Shown here in pieces: positions 7,437 through 16,595 of a stretch of DNA of 64,000 nt (position 1 is its first letter; each line of letters opens with the position of its first letter). The notes below the pieces were generated by a model that saw only the letters and a program-made list of their open reading frames with translations, was not told the DNA's origin and ran no database searches. The DNA comes from a virus (Duplodnaviria; Caudoviricetes). Made by a program: the position numbers and the translations under genes. The DNA is taken from the IMG/VR virus record IMGVR_UViG_3300028886_000082, positions 1-64,000 of that record. One strand, written 5' to 3'.

Positions 7437-7658
7437 ATGAGTAACAACGAGGTATTATTAGACATCATGATTGATGGTCGTTTCTACACACAATTGCGCT
7501 ACACCAAACGGGGATTCCCGCAGATGATTGACGGTGTTATCACCGAAGTACACAAATCAAAAGACATTGAGGATTTCGTATTTGAAAAACTCCCTTCGCT
7601 TAAAGGAAAGAAGAACGTCAACATCGGATTCGCTCAACAGAAAGTATTTTTAAGATAA
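7437..7658 (+). CDS. Hypothetical protein
   Basis: 73 aa, in operon. Confidence 0.6.
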   Translation: MSNNEVLLDIMIDGRFYTQLRYTKRGFPQMIDGVITEVHKSKDIEDFVFEKLPSLKGKKNVNIGFAQQKVFLR

Positions 7659-7664
7659 AGGTAT

Positions 7665-7997
7665 ATGGCAGATATTTTAGAAGACCAGCGTATTCACAAC
7701 ATTGTGAAAGACTACAAGCGAATGTACGAGCAGCACGATCAATTGGTAGCTATCGGCAAGCAACTGCAACAGGAGTTAATTGCCAAGGACAAAGAACTCC
7801 TTCGCGTACGTACTGAACTCAACAAAATCAAGGCTAAAGGCTTGCCGGACGACAAACCTCTAAAAGCTATCAAGAGCCAGTTGAGCGACTTTGAAACGCA
7901 GCTTGATTCCGTCAAGAGAAACATCTTGAAAGAAACCCAACGGCTAGATTCAGTCAGCCATAAGGTCAAACAGATAAGAGAGTTGCTAAAGTTATGA
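7665..7997 (+). CDS. Coiled-coil hypothetical protein
   Basis: 110 aa, heptad-like pattern. Confidence 0.6.
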   Translation: MADILEDQRIHNIVKDYKRMYEQHDQLVAIGKQLQQELIAKDKELLRVRTELNKIKAKGLPDDKPLKAIKSQLSDFETQLDSVKRNILKETQRLDSVSHKVKQIRELLKL

Positions 7998-8158
7998 AGT
8001 GTAGCGATTGTAGATTCTACTCCCGTAGCAAGTGTTATGGGAATAGCTGCACCTGCAGAGGTGAAAAACCCTGCGAGAGAAAGCATAAAGATGTTGTCAA
8101 GAAGAAACATCGTGAACGCATCAACAAGAAACGAAGCCAACGTTACGGATATGAATGA
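7994..8158 (+). CDS. Small Cys-rich, basic protein (not in ORF track)
   Basis: MKCSDCRFYSRSKCYGNSCTCRGEKPCERKHK..., 54 aa; ATGA overlap upstream. Confidence 0.6.
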   Translation: MKCSDCRFYSRSKCYGNSCTCRGEKPCERKHKDVVKKKHRERINKKRSQRYGYE

Positions 8159-8321
8159 ACAAATGAAAAAAGAGAATGCAGAGATAGATGCTCTGTTTTC
8201 TTCCGTCCAGCAAGATGTGATACGATTCATACGCCATTGTGCCCAGCGTAACGGTGTAACCCAAGATTACGTCAGAGTATCCATGCAATCAGTGTTAGAT
8301 AATCAAATTATTAATCCCTAA
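8151..8321 (+). CDS. Hypothetical protein
   Basis: Likely ATG at 8151 within the 8037..8321 frame. Confidence 0.5.
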   Translation: MNEQMKKENAEIDALFSSVQQDVIRFIRHCAQRNGVTQDYVRVSMQSVLDNQIINP

Positions 8322-8332
8322 AATTCAATCTT

Positions 8333-8710
8333 ATGTTTGGAATCAAAATTATCAAAGAAAGTGAGTACAACGACTTGGTACAATGTGCTCTGCGCCATTA
8401 TGAGTCCCACAAGAAAGAGTGCGTGGCCTACGAGCGGACTAAAAAAGACTGCGCATCTCTTCGCGAACAACTCAATGAGAAAATGACGGAGGTGAACAAA
8501 CTCCATGATGAGAACAAGAAATATGAGCGTGAGGTCAAAAGCCTGCGTGAGTTCAAACGAGATACCTTGGAGGCTATGGGTCAGATAGACCTTTCCGGGT
8601 TTCACCTCTCTATCTGTAACAAAAAGTGCGACCACTGCGACAACGAACAGCACGACTGCCGCAAATACACCTTCGGTTCTCACGAATACTGCGTTATCCC
8701 AAAGCAATGA
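8333..8710 (+). CDS. Coiled-coil protein with a Cys-rich C-terminus
   Basis: 125 aa; CNKKCDHC...C...C. Confidence 0.55.
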   Translation: MFGIKIIKESEYNDLVQCALRHYESHKKECVAYERTKKDCASLREQLNEKMTEVNKLHDENKKYEREVKSLREFKRDTLEAMGQIDLSGFHLSICNKKCDHCDNEQHDCRKYTFGSHEYCVIPKQ

Positions 8711-8729
8711 CACTCAAAAATATAAAGGT

Positions 8730-9962
8730 ATGACACCAGTTGAAATAGCTTACTTCAAACATTTCTTGTACGATAAGGGTATTAGTCGAAGCTTCGTGTA
8801 CTATTATCGCAAGAATCCTATTCTCGGTTCTCATGCTAACCCAGAGTCCATCGAGCAATACTTACTGCAGGCTTCGGTCAAGGACGTTATCATGAAGGCT
8901 TTCATCTTTTATCCTTCTGGAGCCGCTTTAAAAGAAAGCTCCACCTTCGACTATTGGAAGACTATTGATGAACAATGGCAGCAATACATGGCTTCGATGG
9001 CCGACAACTTCTCCAACGACTCCTGGCCGTTACTCCGCAAGACTTTTGCTATACTCCGTCAGAACTGGGATCTGCCTGCTTATTGGCGCAGGGATAACTT
9101 CGAGAGTACCGAAGAGGTCTATGAACGTATGCACATCAACCTCCAATTGCCGGAATTCCGTTGGCAGCATGGATATCTGAACACGAAACCTTTACAGAAT
9201 GGTAATGCAGAGCACATCTTGGACGCTAAGGATGGTGACGTGATTGTTCGCATCCACACCTGCGAGACTCACGTTAGCCGACTGATAATACTTTTCCATG
9301 AGTTACAGCCGTATGAAGTTGATGGTGTTCAGATGTATAAAGCAACGGTTTATGCCTATATCAACTGTCATAATAACAGACTGAAAATTGGTGTGGACGC
9401 AAATTCTATCCTTATCAACCCTGAATCCACAGATGTCCACTTCCGCAAGGCACGCGGTTCGGAGGCTGGCCTGCTGATGCAGAAACTTGAAGAGGCAGGT
9501 CTGAAATGGGACGAGGAACAGAAGAGTATCTTACCTTTGAATGAGAAGCAAGACCAGAAGGACGAACCACAGGAAGATGTCCTTGATATTGATTTCGTTG
9601 AGTTTGATCATAATCGCCGGGTGGTGAATGCTCTCACTAGCGGTATCATATCGGTTAACTCCCGTAGCCATTCATGGCGCGTCACCGTCAACCGCACGGA
9701 CACAAAGGAAATCAGAAAGAAGCAGGTGCGTTACGCTATGGTGGGCAATACCAGCGCAGGCGAAACGATGCTCATGTTCTGTAATAACAGCAAGGGAATA
9801 CCTATCACTTATAATACAGATCACTACTACAATATCAACAGCCGCCAGTTCTGTGAACACCTCAAACGCTTGATTTCCGTATCTGACGATCTAGCTTATC
9901 TCCGTATTAAGAAGGTTTCTGAAAAAATAGATTCAATAACTTATAAAGTAACAAAACAATGA
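8730..9962 (+). CDS. Hypothetical protein
   Basis: 410-aa ORF, codon usage like its neighbours. Confidence 0.7.
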   Translation: MTPVEIAYFKHFLYDKGISRSFVYYYRKNPILGSHANPESIEQYLLQASVKDVIMKAFIFYPSGAALKESSTFDYWKTIDEQWQQYMASMADNFSNDSWPLLRKTFAILRQNWDLPAYWRRDNFESTEEVYERMHINLQLPEFRWQHGYLNTKPLQNGNAEHILDAKDGDVIVRIHTCETHVSRLIILFHELQPYEVDGVQMYKATVYAYINCHNNRLKIGVDANSILINPESTDVHFRKARGSEAGLLMQKLEEAGLKWDEEQKSILPLNEKQDQKDEPQEDVLDIDFVEFDHNRRVVNALTSGIISVNSRSHSWRVTVNRTDTKEIRKKQVRYAMVGNTSAGETMLMFCNNSKGIPITYNTDHYYNINSRQFCEHLKRLISVSDDLAYLRIKKVSEKIDSITYKVTKQ

Positions 9963-11968
9963 ATATCCGAATCACTCGTCTTTCAATGACGAATTTCAAA
10001 TGTTTTCGTGATAAAGAACTGAACCTCAACGAAGACATTGTAACTGTACGTGGACGCAATGGTGCCGGAAAGACCACTATTGCCGATGCTATACTCTTCT
10101 GTCTCTTTGGTAAGAATGTCGAAGGCCAGTCAGACCTTGAACTATTCAAGACACGTGAGAACGGAAAGGTCGTGCCTAATCTTGACCACTCTGTGGAACT
10201 AACGTTAACCACCAACGCCACAACTGGCCCTAATGAGATTTCCCTCAAACGCTCCATTAAGGAGGTATGGGTTAAGAAACGTGGGTCTGAGGAATCGGTA
10301 TTCAAGAACAATACCTGCGAATACTATGTCAATGGTGAGTCATACACCAAGGCCGACTACGAGAAATATATCTCCAACCTTGTTGACGAACGTGTGTTCC
10401 GTGCCATCACCAACCCGAACTACTTCCCGTCTCTCAAATGGCAAGACCAACGTGAATTTCTCACACGGATGGTTGGCAGCATAGAGCCTGAGTGCATCGC
10501 CAATACAGACGAACTTGTTGCCCTGGTTCACGCTCTCGACAATTCAAACGACGATATTGTTTCTTATCTGAAACACCTCAAATATCAAATCAAGCAGATT
10601 AAGGACAAGCTTGATAAGATACCTGTCCGTCTCGAAGAGCAGTTTAAAGCCTTGCCAGAACGTCTTGATTGGGATAATATAAAGGAGAAGGTCGATGAAG
10701 CAAAGTATGAAATAGGTGAACTCGACAAAAAAGTTGGAGGGTTGCTGAACGGTAATGGTGCCGACATCAAGCGTACAGAACTCCGGGTTGCCATTGAGAA
10801 ACTGCGTAAGCAGATGAACGACATCGAGGATAAAGCTCGTGACGCTATCCGCAAGGAAACAAGCGAACATAATCAGCGTGTTTCCGACTTACTTATTAAG
10901 TTCAATAACGAACTGAATAATCAGAAACTCATGGAGCAGACCATCGAGGCCGACAAACGGATGATCGAACGCTGCGAGCAATCCATCAAGGATTTTGATG
11001 ACGAACTGGAGCGTCTGCGTATTGCATGGCCTACTCGCAAGTTCGAGGTTAAAGAGGGTGATAACATCTGCCCAAGATGTGGCCAATACCTCTCTCCCGA
11101 CACGTTTGCAAGCAGGGTCGCTGTAATGAGAATGAGGTTCAATGAGGCACTTGAAGCAGAGAAGCAGTCACTCCGTGACAAGGCGGCAAAGGTAAAGAAG
11201 GATAAGGAAGATGCCGAGAAAGAGCTTGAAACCACTAAGCAGAAACTTGCTACAGATACATCTTCTCTTGGAGTAATCAAGGAGAATATCAACACCATCT
11301 TCTCCGAGAAAGCCAAAGAGGAAAAGAAGCCACTACCAACATTGGATGATTTCTTGCCTTGCAATGAAGAGTATCAGGAAGCACTTCGTGAAAAGACCAA
11401 CCTCGAATGTGAACTTAATTCTGTCACAGACTCTGATGATAACAAGGAAATGCTTGCCGACCTAAGAGAGAAGCGTGAGAAACTGGTACAACTCGCTTCT
11501 GATTGGCAGACACAACTCGCCACACGTCAGCAATACGACAAGATTACTTCGCTTATCAAAGGTATCAACGAAGAGCAGAAAGACCTTGTTAAGCAACTCT
11601 CAGAACTGGAGAAGCAGGAGGATGTCGCCCGTCAGTATCAGTTCCGTCAGAACCAGTTGTTAGAAGAGCGTATCAACAAGCATTTCTCTCTCGTTCAGTG
11701 GCGACTCTTCCGCACGGTCAACAATGGCGGTGACTCCTTTGAGGAACCATTCTGCGAGTGCTACGTCAACGGCATTCCATATCACGCAGGTCTCAACCAG
11801 GCAGCACGACTTAATGCGGGATTAGATATAATCAATGCATTATGCAAGTTCTACAATGTTGCAGCACCGATATGCCTTGACAACTCAGAAAGTTGTATTA
11901 ATATCATGCAGACAGCCGGACAACAAGTGCGCCTGCAAGTGACAGATACAGATTTACAATTAGTATGA
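9959..11968 (+). CDS. SbcC/Rad50-like AAA ATPase
   Basis: Walker A GRNGAGKT, long coiled coil with a CPRC zinc hook, LNQA signature-like motif, ICLDNSE Walker B. Confidence 0.88.
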   Translation: MNIRITRLSMTNFKCFRDKELNLNEDIVTVRGRNGAGKTTIADAILFCLFGKNVEGQSDLELFKTRENGKVVPNLDHSVELTLTTNATTGPNEISLKRSIKEVWVKKRGSEESVFKNNTCEYYVNGESYTKADYEKYISNLVDERVFRAITNPNYFPSLKWQDQREFLTRMVGSIEPECIANTDELVALVHALDNSNDDIVSYLKHLKYQIKQIKDKLDKIPVRLEEQFKALPERLDWDNIKEKVDEAKYEIGELDKKVGGLLNGNGADIKRTELRVAIEKLRKQMNDIEDKARDAIRKETSEHNQRVSDLLIKFNNELNNQKLMEQTIEADKRMIERCEQSIKDFDDELERLRIAWPTRKFEVKEGDNICPRCGQYLSPDTFASRVAVMRMRFNEALEAEKQSLRDKAAKVKKDKEDAEKELETTKQKLATDTSSLGVIKENINTIFSEKAKEEKKPLPTLDDFLPCNEEYQEALREKTNLECELNSVTDSDDNKEMLADLREKREKLVQLASDWQTQLATRQQYDKITSLIKGINEEQKDLVKQLSELEKQEDVARQYQFRQNQLLEERINKHFSLVQWRLFRTVNNGGDSFEEPFCECYVNGIPYHAGLNQAARLNAGLDIINALCKFYNVAAPICLDNSESCINIMQTAGQQVRLQVTDTDLQLV

Positions 11969-12105
11969 TTGAAGTTACACCAGACAAGAAATCATCCTCT
12001 CTGATTATCACACGTACTGACGGTGAAGGTTTTCATCGTCAGTTACAGATAACAAAGGACGAAGCTTACGAACTATATTCAATATTACACAAGAAATTAT
12101 TTTAA
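11965..12105 (+). CDS. Small hypothetical protein (46 aa, not in ORF track)
   Basis: MIEVTPDKKSSSLIITRTDGEG...; fills the gap between the ATPase and RecT. Confidence 0.5.
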   Translation: MIEVTPDKKSSSLIITRTDGEGFHRQLQITKDEAYELYSILHKKLF

Positions 12106-12107
12106 TT

Positions 12108-13079
12108 ATGGCAGAAAATCAATTAGCAACGACTGGCGCAGGGGCTTTAACCCCTGCCCAGAAAAACATCACCGCTTTCAAAAAAATGGTCGATGGCAAC
12201 TACGTGCAGACGCAGTTAAAGCAAGTCCTTAAAGAGAACGCAGGCACTTTTGCCACTTCTCTGATGGAAGTCTATACCAACGACAAGCAGCTACAGACTT
12301 GCGAGCCTAAGTTGGTAGTGCAGGAGGCAATCAAGGCCGCATCCCTCAAACTCCCACTCAACAAGCAGTTAGGTTACGGCTACGTGGTAGTCTACAACAA
12401 TTGGGATAAGACCACCCACACTAAGATTCCAACTCCTACGCTTGTTATCGGCTATAAGGGCTATATCCAGTTGGCTATGCGTACCGGCCAGTACCGCAAT
12501 ATCAATGCCGATGTGGTGTACGAAGGAGAACTCCGTCAGACCGACAAACTTACAGGTGCTATCGACCTTAACGGCACTAAGACCTCAGAGAAGATTATCG
12601 GCTACTTCGCTCACTTCGAACTGATCAATGGCTTCGCCAAGACACTCTACATGACAGTCGAGGAAATGGCCAACTACGCTTTGAAGTTTGCGCCTACCTT
12701 CCGACCCACCAAGGATAAGCCAGCCCCCAAGGTCGACGAACTCATTGATACAGCCCAGGAGCAGGCACAGAACGGCCCCGTTCAAGGTCAGGTAGGATGG
12801 AAAGGCGATTTCAACGCTATGGCACAGAAGACAGTACTTCGCCGCTTGCTCAGTAAGTATGGCTTCCTCTCTATCGAAATGATGAACGCCCTCTCCGACG
12901 ACGAACAGCCTCAGTTCAATGCCGAGGCCATCCGTGACGAAGAGAATCACGAAGCCCGTCCGGTTATCGATGCCTCTCAGATGGTAAACAATCAGCCTGC
13001 CGTTGACGCACAAGCCGAAGAGGTTAAGGATGAAGCGCCAGCAAGTCAACCAGAACAAGAGGACAAACCAGATTTCTAA
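12108..13079 (+). CDS. recT: RecT-family single-strand annealing recombinase
   Basis: AASLKLPLNKQLGYGYVV, GYKGYIQLAMRTGQY, MAQKTVLRRLLSKYG. Confidence 0.92.
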   Translation: MAENQLATTGAGALTPAQKNITAFKKMVDGNYVQTQLKQVLKENAGTFATSLMEVYTNDKQLQTCEPKLVVQEAIKAASLKLPLNKQLGYGYVVVYNNWDKTTHTKIPTPTLVIGYKGYIQLAMRTGQYRNINADVVYEGELRQTDKLTGAIDLNGTKTSEKIIGYFAHFELINGFAKTLYMTVEEMANYALKFAPTFRPTKDKPAPKVDELIDTAQEQAQNGPVQGQVGWKGDFNAMAQKTVLRRLLSKYGFLSIEMMNALSDDEQPQFNAEAIRDEENHEARPVIDASQMVNNQPAVDAQAEEVKDEAPASQPEQEDKPDF

Positions 13080-13091
13080 TTCTCACGTGCG

Positions 13092-13154
13092 AGGGGTGGT
13101 GTGGCTTACGTGATGCCTACCGTCTGCAAACGGTTCATCAACATCACCCCTTTT
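13092..13154 (+). ncRNA. Intergenic three-way-junction RNA / terminator-like element
   Basis: 11-bp AGGGGTGGTGT/ACATCACCCCT stem enclosing GGC/GCC and ACCGT/ACGGT hairpins, followed by a T-run. Confidence 0.45.
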
Positions 13155-13170
13155 ATAAACTATATAGCGT

Positions 13171-13908
13171 ATGAAACTAATAGTAGTAAACAGCAATAGT
13201 GCAGGCAACGCCTACGCTCTTGACTCCGGCAACGAGATATTACTGATCGAAGCTGGCTGCAAGATGGCAGAAGTGAAACGGGCCGTCGACTACCGATTGG
13301 CCGATGTGGTAGGCTGCATAGCGAGCCATCGGCATGGTGATCATTCTAAATATGCTGTTGAATATGCCAAGTTTGGCGTGAAGATGTATTGTAATAAAGA
13401 TACTGCAGATAATAAATCATTCCCATACGACACATGCAAGGTTATAGAAGGTGGTAAAACTTATCGTGTCGGCAAGTATTCCGTTGTACCGTTCAATGTC
13501 GAGCATGATGTTCCGTGCTATGGATTTATCATAAGGCATCCCGAAATGGGGATTATGTTGTTTGCAACAGATACATTCAAAATACCTATAACGATAACTG
13601 GTATTAACCACTTCTTAATCGAAGCCAACTACGAGGATTCCATGTTGAAAGAGAATGTCCGCAACGGCTCAATCTCCAAGGCTCAGTCAGACAGAATCAT
13701 GCTCTCTCACATGAGTCTCAACTACTGCATTGAATATCTCCGTGACTGCGAGGCCGACAAGTCTGCAAAGACTATAACCCTCTGTCACCTCTCCGAACGC
13801 AACAGCAATCCAAAAGTTTTCCGCGATACAGTTGCCGGAGTATTTGGTATTCCCACATACATAGCCCATAAAGGCACAATAGTCGAACTTAATAAAGATG
13901 GTATATAA
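13171..13908 (+). CDS. MBL-fold metallo-hydrolase (phage exonuclease-associated type)
   Basis: SHRHGDHS, HDV, FATDT, IEANY, HLS motifs. Confidence 0.9.
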   Translation: MKLIVVNSNSAGNAYALDSGNEILLIEAGCKMAEVKRAVDYRLADVVGCIASHRHGDHSKYAVEYAKFGVKMYCNKDTADNKSFPYDTCKVIEGGKTYRVGKYSVVPFNVEHDVPCYGFIIRHPEMGIMLFATDTFKIPITITGINHFLIEANYEDSMLKENVRNGSISKAQSDRIMLSHMSLNYCIEYLRDCEADKSAKTITLCHLSERNSNPKVFRDTVAGVFGIPTYIAHKGTIVELNKDGI

Positions 13909-14348
13909 TGGCACGATATAGTCCACAAGATCCCAGAGATTATCTTGAAGCCCTCGACTTCATCAACCAGGCCAAAGAGCAAGGCTTTGAAATTGAGCTT
14001 GGAAAGTACAGACCCAAACGAAGTGGCAAACAGAATCGTTACCTGCACGTTGCACTCGGTTACTTTGCTCACTGCTACGGATGCACGCTAACGGAAGCAA
14101 AGGAAATATATTTCAAGAGATATGCATGTCCTCACATCTTCCGCATCGACATCAACGACAAGGAAGGTAATCACTCTTTTTATTATCGCTCAACTACCGA
14201 CCTCACAACCGTAGAAATGGCATCTGCCATCAAGAATTTCCAGTCGTGGGCAAGTGCAAGAGGAGTTGAGATACCAGACCCGCAAGACGAATTTGCAATT
14301 CGGTATTGTGAACGGCAGATTGAAAAAACGAAAATTTATGGAACTTGA
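13908..14348 (+). CDS. ninB: NinB/Orf-like recombination protein
   Basis: RSGKQNRYLH and STTDLTTVEMASAI motifs. Confidence 0.7.
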   Translation: MARYSPQDPRDYLEALDFINQAKEQGFEIELGKYRPKRSGKQNRYLHVALGYFAHCYGCTLTEAKEIYFKRYACPHIFRIDINDKEGNHSFYYRSTTDLTTVEMASAIKNFQSWASARGVEIPDPQDEFAIRYCERQIEKTKIYGT

Positions 14349-14586
14349 AACATACAAAAAGGCTGAAAGACTTATAAAGGAGCGCGAACAATTAGAAAGC
14401 GCCTCGAAAAGTATACTTGAAGCTATTAGGACGCCTACGTTTAGGCGTATCATTTTTGAATGGGATAGTGATTATTGTTTATTCGTTTTTGCTTCAAACG
14501 AAGTCCAAATCAAGATTTTGGAAAGTATGAAGAATATAGTAGAAACAAGACTGGAAGAAATAAACAAAGAATTTAAAAAGTTATGA
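14338..14586 (+). CDS. Hypothetical protein
   Basis: Likely ATG at 14338 (MELETYKK). Confidence 0.55.
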   Translation: MELETYKKAERLIKEREQLESASKSILEAIRTPTFRRIIFEWDSDYCLFVFASNEVQIKILESMKNIVETRLEEINKEFKKL

Positions 14587-14987
14587 TCATAGCACAGATA
14601 ATAGGAAACCTCGGACGAGACGCAGAGGTTAAGACCATCAACGACAAGCAATATATGTCGTTCTCTGTAGCAAGTACGGAGAAAAGAAACAACGAAGAGT
14701 GTACAACATGGGTGTCAGTCCTATATCCATATCAGGAGGCTTTGCTTCCATACTTAAAGAAAGGTCAGCAGGTGTTTGTTTCTGGACGAATGTCAGCCAA
14801 ACTATTTCAGAATCAGAACAGCTTTGGTATCGACATTTCGGTATTCGCAAATACTCTGCAATTATGTGGAGCGAAACGGGAAGGCGAGCAACAACAGAAC
14901 TTGCAGGCTACACCGACTCCGCAGCCAGTACAGACACCCTTCCCGCCTGAACAGCCAGAAGATGTTGACTCCCAACTTCCCTTCTAA
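14583..14987 (+). CDS. ssb: Single-stranded DNA-binding protein
   Basis: IIGNLGRDAE, YLKKGQQVFVSGR, acidic C-terminus ending LPF. Confidence 0.92.
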   Translation: MIIAQIIGNLGRDAEVKTINDKQYMSFSVASTEKRNNEECTTWVSVLYPYQEALLPYLKKGQQVFVSGRMSAKLFQNQNSFGIDISVFANTLQLCGAKREGEQQQNLQATPTPQPVQTPFPPEQPEDVDSQLPF

Positions 14988-14990
14988 CCT

Positions 14991-15191
14991 ATGGCATACA
15001 AGAAGAAACCAAGAATACTGCATAGGTGTGGAGATTGTGCAAACGTGACTCCAGTCCTCGACAAGCATCACCTTCTTGATCTGCAAGGCAACCCGACGAT
15101 GGGAACCTGCCCATACTGGACTGAAAGCCGTTGCACTCTCCTATCTTGGGAAAGCAATTGCAGTCATTATATACCTAGATTAAGCCCGTGA
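14991..15191 (+). CDS. Small Cys-rich hypothetical protein
   Basis: CGDC...CPYW...C...C. Confidence 0.6.
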   Translation: MAYKKKPRILHRCGDCANVTPVLDKHHLLDLQGNPTMGTCPYWTESRCTLLSWESNCSHYIPRLSP

Positions 15192-15247
15192 GGGTCACTT
15201 TTTTATTCATAGATTAGTAGTTTATCAGCCCACAGCGGTGGGCACAT

Positions 15248-15360
15248 GGGTGGATAGCTCAGTTGGTAGAGCATGCTGGAGGTGGAGCTGAAACCACGTT
15301 AATCATTAGCTTTAATCCAATAATATAGCAAGGTCAGTGGTTCGAGTCCACTTCCACCAA
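15248..15360 (+). tRNA. tRNA-like RNA with a 47-nt anticodon-loop insertion; isotype undetermined
   Basis: Acceptor GGTGGA/TCCACC, D arm GCTC-AGTTGGTA-GAGC, anticodon stem TGCTG/TAGCA, variable AGGTC, T arm AGTGG-TTCGAGT-CCACT. Confidence 0.75.
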
Positions 15361-15383
15361 CTAATTAGTAACAATTAAAACAA

Positions 15384-15632
15384 ATGTGTATGAAATATGA
15401 TATTTGGGCAGAAGGATTCCTTGACCAAGGAATGGAAGGAATACCACAAAAAGCGTCTTATGTAGGCCAAGCAGATGGCAGTACTTTTGCGGAAGCCTGT
15501 GAGAACTGGTATAAAAAGAATGTGCCTGCTGATGAGTTTAGAAGATTCTTCCACATTGATTCTAATGGAAATCCACGATTTTGGGTTAGGTTATTTGACA
15601 ATCCAGAAGATGCAAGAAAAAGTTTTGGATGA
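15384..15632 (+). CDS. Hypothetical protein
   Basis: 82 aa, AT-rich block. Confidence 0.6.
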   Translation: MCMKYDIWAEGFLDQGMEGIPQKASYVGQADGSTFAEACENWYKKNVPADEFRRFFHIDSNGNPRFWVRLFDNPEDARKSFG

Positions 15633-15647
15633 TAAAAAGTAAAGCGT

Positions 15648-15839
15648 ATGAAAAGTATAGAAGATTTTTCAGTAGAGTATGCACAGGATAAGTATCTTCC
15701 TGTACAGACCTCACAAGCAGTAAAGGCAGGTGCAAACTATGTGCTTGAGCAGATAGAGCAGCTGATTTACGAAAAGCATGTTGAAGGTAATCTTCCGCTG
15801 TTTGACTTGACACATCTTATTGATAAATTAAAGAAATAA
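15648..15839 (+). CDS. Hypothetical protein
   Basis: 63 aa; AVKAGANYVLEQIE motif. Confidence 0.55.
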   Translation: MKSIEDFSVEYAQDKYLPVQTSQAVKAGANYVLEQIEQLIYEKHVEGNLPLFDLTHLIDKLKK

Positions 15840-15841
15840 CT

Positions 15842-16099
15842 ATGGCAACAATTACAGAAGATAATGAGGTAATGTGTGAAATGAGACAAAATCTTGCACA
15901 AAAAATACAACATGATATTCTTGCTCTTTTGGAAAAATACAAAGAACCTTGCTTGGCTCTTAAAATGAGTATTGACATTGATGCAAGTGTTAATATTGTA
16001 CATTATAGTGGAAATGGTAGAAGAAGTAAACCTCCTATGACCATTGCAGAGACTAAAGCAAATTATAGTACACATGGTATAATAAATTGGAACGATTAG
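15842..16099 (+). CDS. Hypothetical protein
   Basis: 85 aa, in operon. Confidence 0.5.
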   Translation: MATITEDNEVMCEMRQNLAQKIQHDILALLEKYKEPCLALKMSIDIDASVNIVHYSGNGRRSKPPMTIAETKANYSTHGIINWND

Positions 16100-16101
16100 C
16101 T

Positions 16102-16455
16102 ATGGCAACAATTAGAGCATACACAACCATAGAGCAAAGCCGTAAGTTGTCTGAAATACTTCCGCTTGAAAGTGCGGATATGTATTATATATTAATGCCT
16201 GATGGTGTATACAATCATTTTCCGTTAACTGGAAGGAAAACCGAATTGGCTGAAAATACTGACATCCTTTGTTGGAGTCTTGCCGCATTGCTTGATGTGC
16301 TACCTTATCCTTCATTACATAAAACATTTGCAGGCTGGCGATGTGATTCTTACGACAAAGAAGGAAAGACTTGCAAGTTAGGTGAAAATGCAGACAACCC
16401 TATTGATGCTTGCTACGAAATGACATTAAAGTTAAATGAATTAAATTTATTGTGA
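16102..16455 (+). CDS. Hypothetical protein
   Basis: YTTIEQSRKL...WSLAALLDVLP...DNPIDACYEM; likely ATG at 16102. Confidence 0.65.
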   Translation: MATIRAYTTIEQSRKLSEILPLESADMYYILMPDGVYNHFPLTGRKTELAENTDILCWSLAALLDVLPYPSLHKTFAGWRCDSYDKEGKTCKLGENADNPIDACYEMTLKLNELNLL

Positions 16456-16457
16456 TT

Positions 16458-16595
16458 ATGGAAGTAGTAAAGTATCTATGTGAGTTTTTCTTCGAGGACA
16501 TCTGGCATTTTCTTGAACTTGCTTTCCTTTTATATATAATATTTGGAGATAAACCATCAATTATAATTAGAGATAAAAATGTAAAAAATAAGTGA
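16458..16595 (+). CDS. Small membrane peptide (45 aa, not in ORF track)
   Basis: MEVVKYLCEFFFEDIWHFLELAFLLYIIFG... Confidence 0.55.
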   Translation: MEVVKYLCEFFFEDIWHFLELAFLLYIIFGDKPSIIIRDKNVKNK

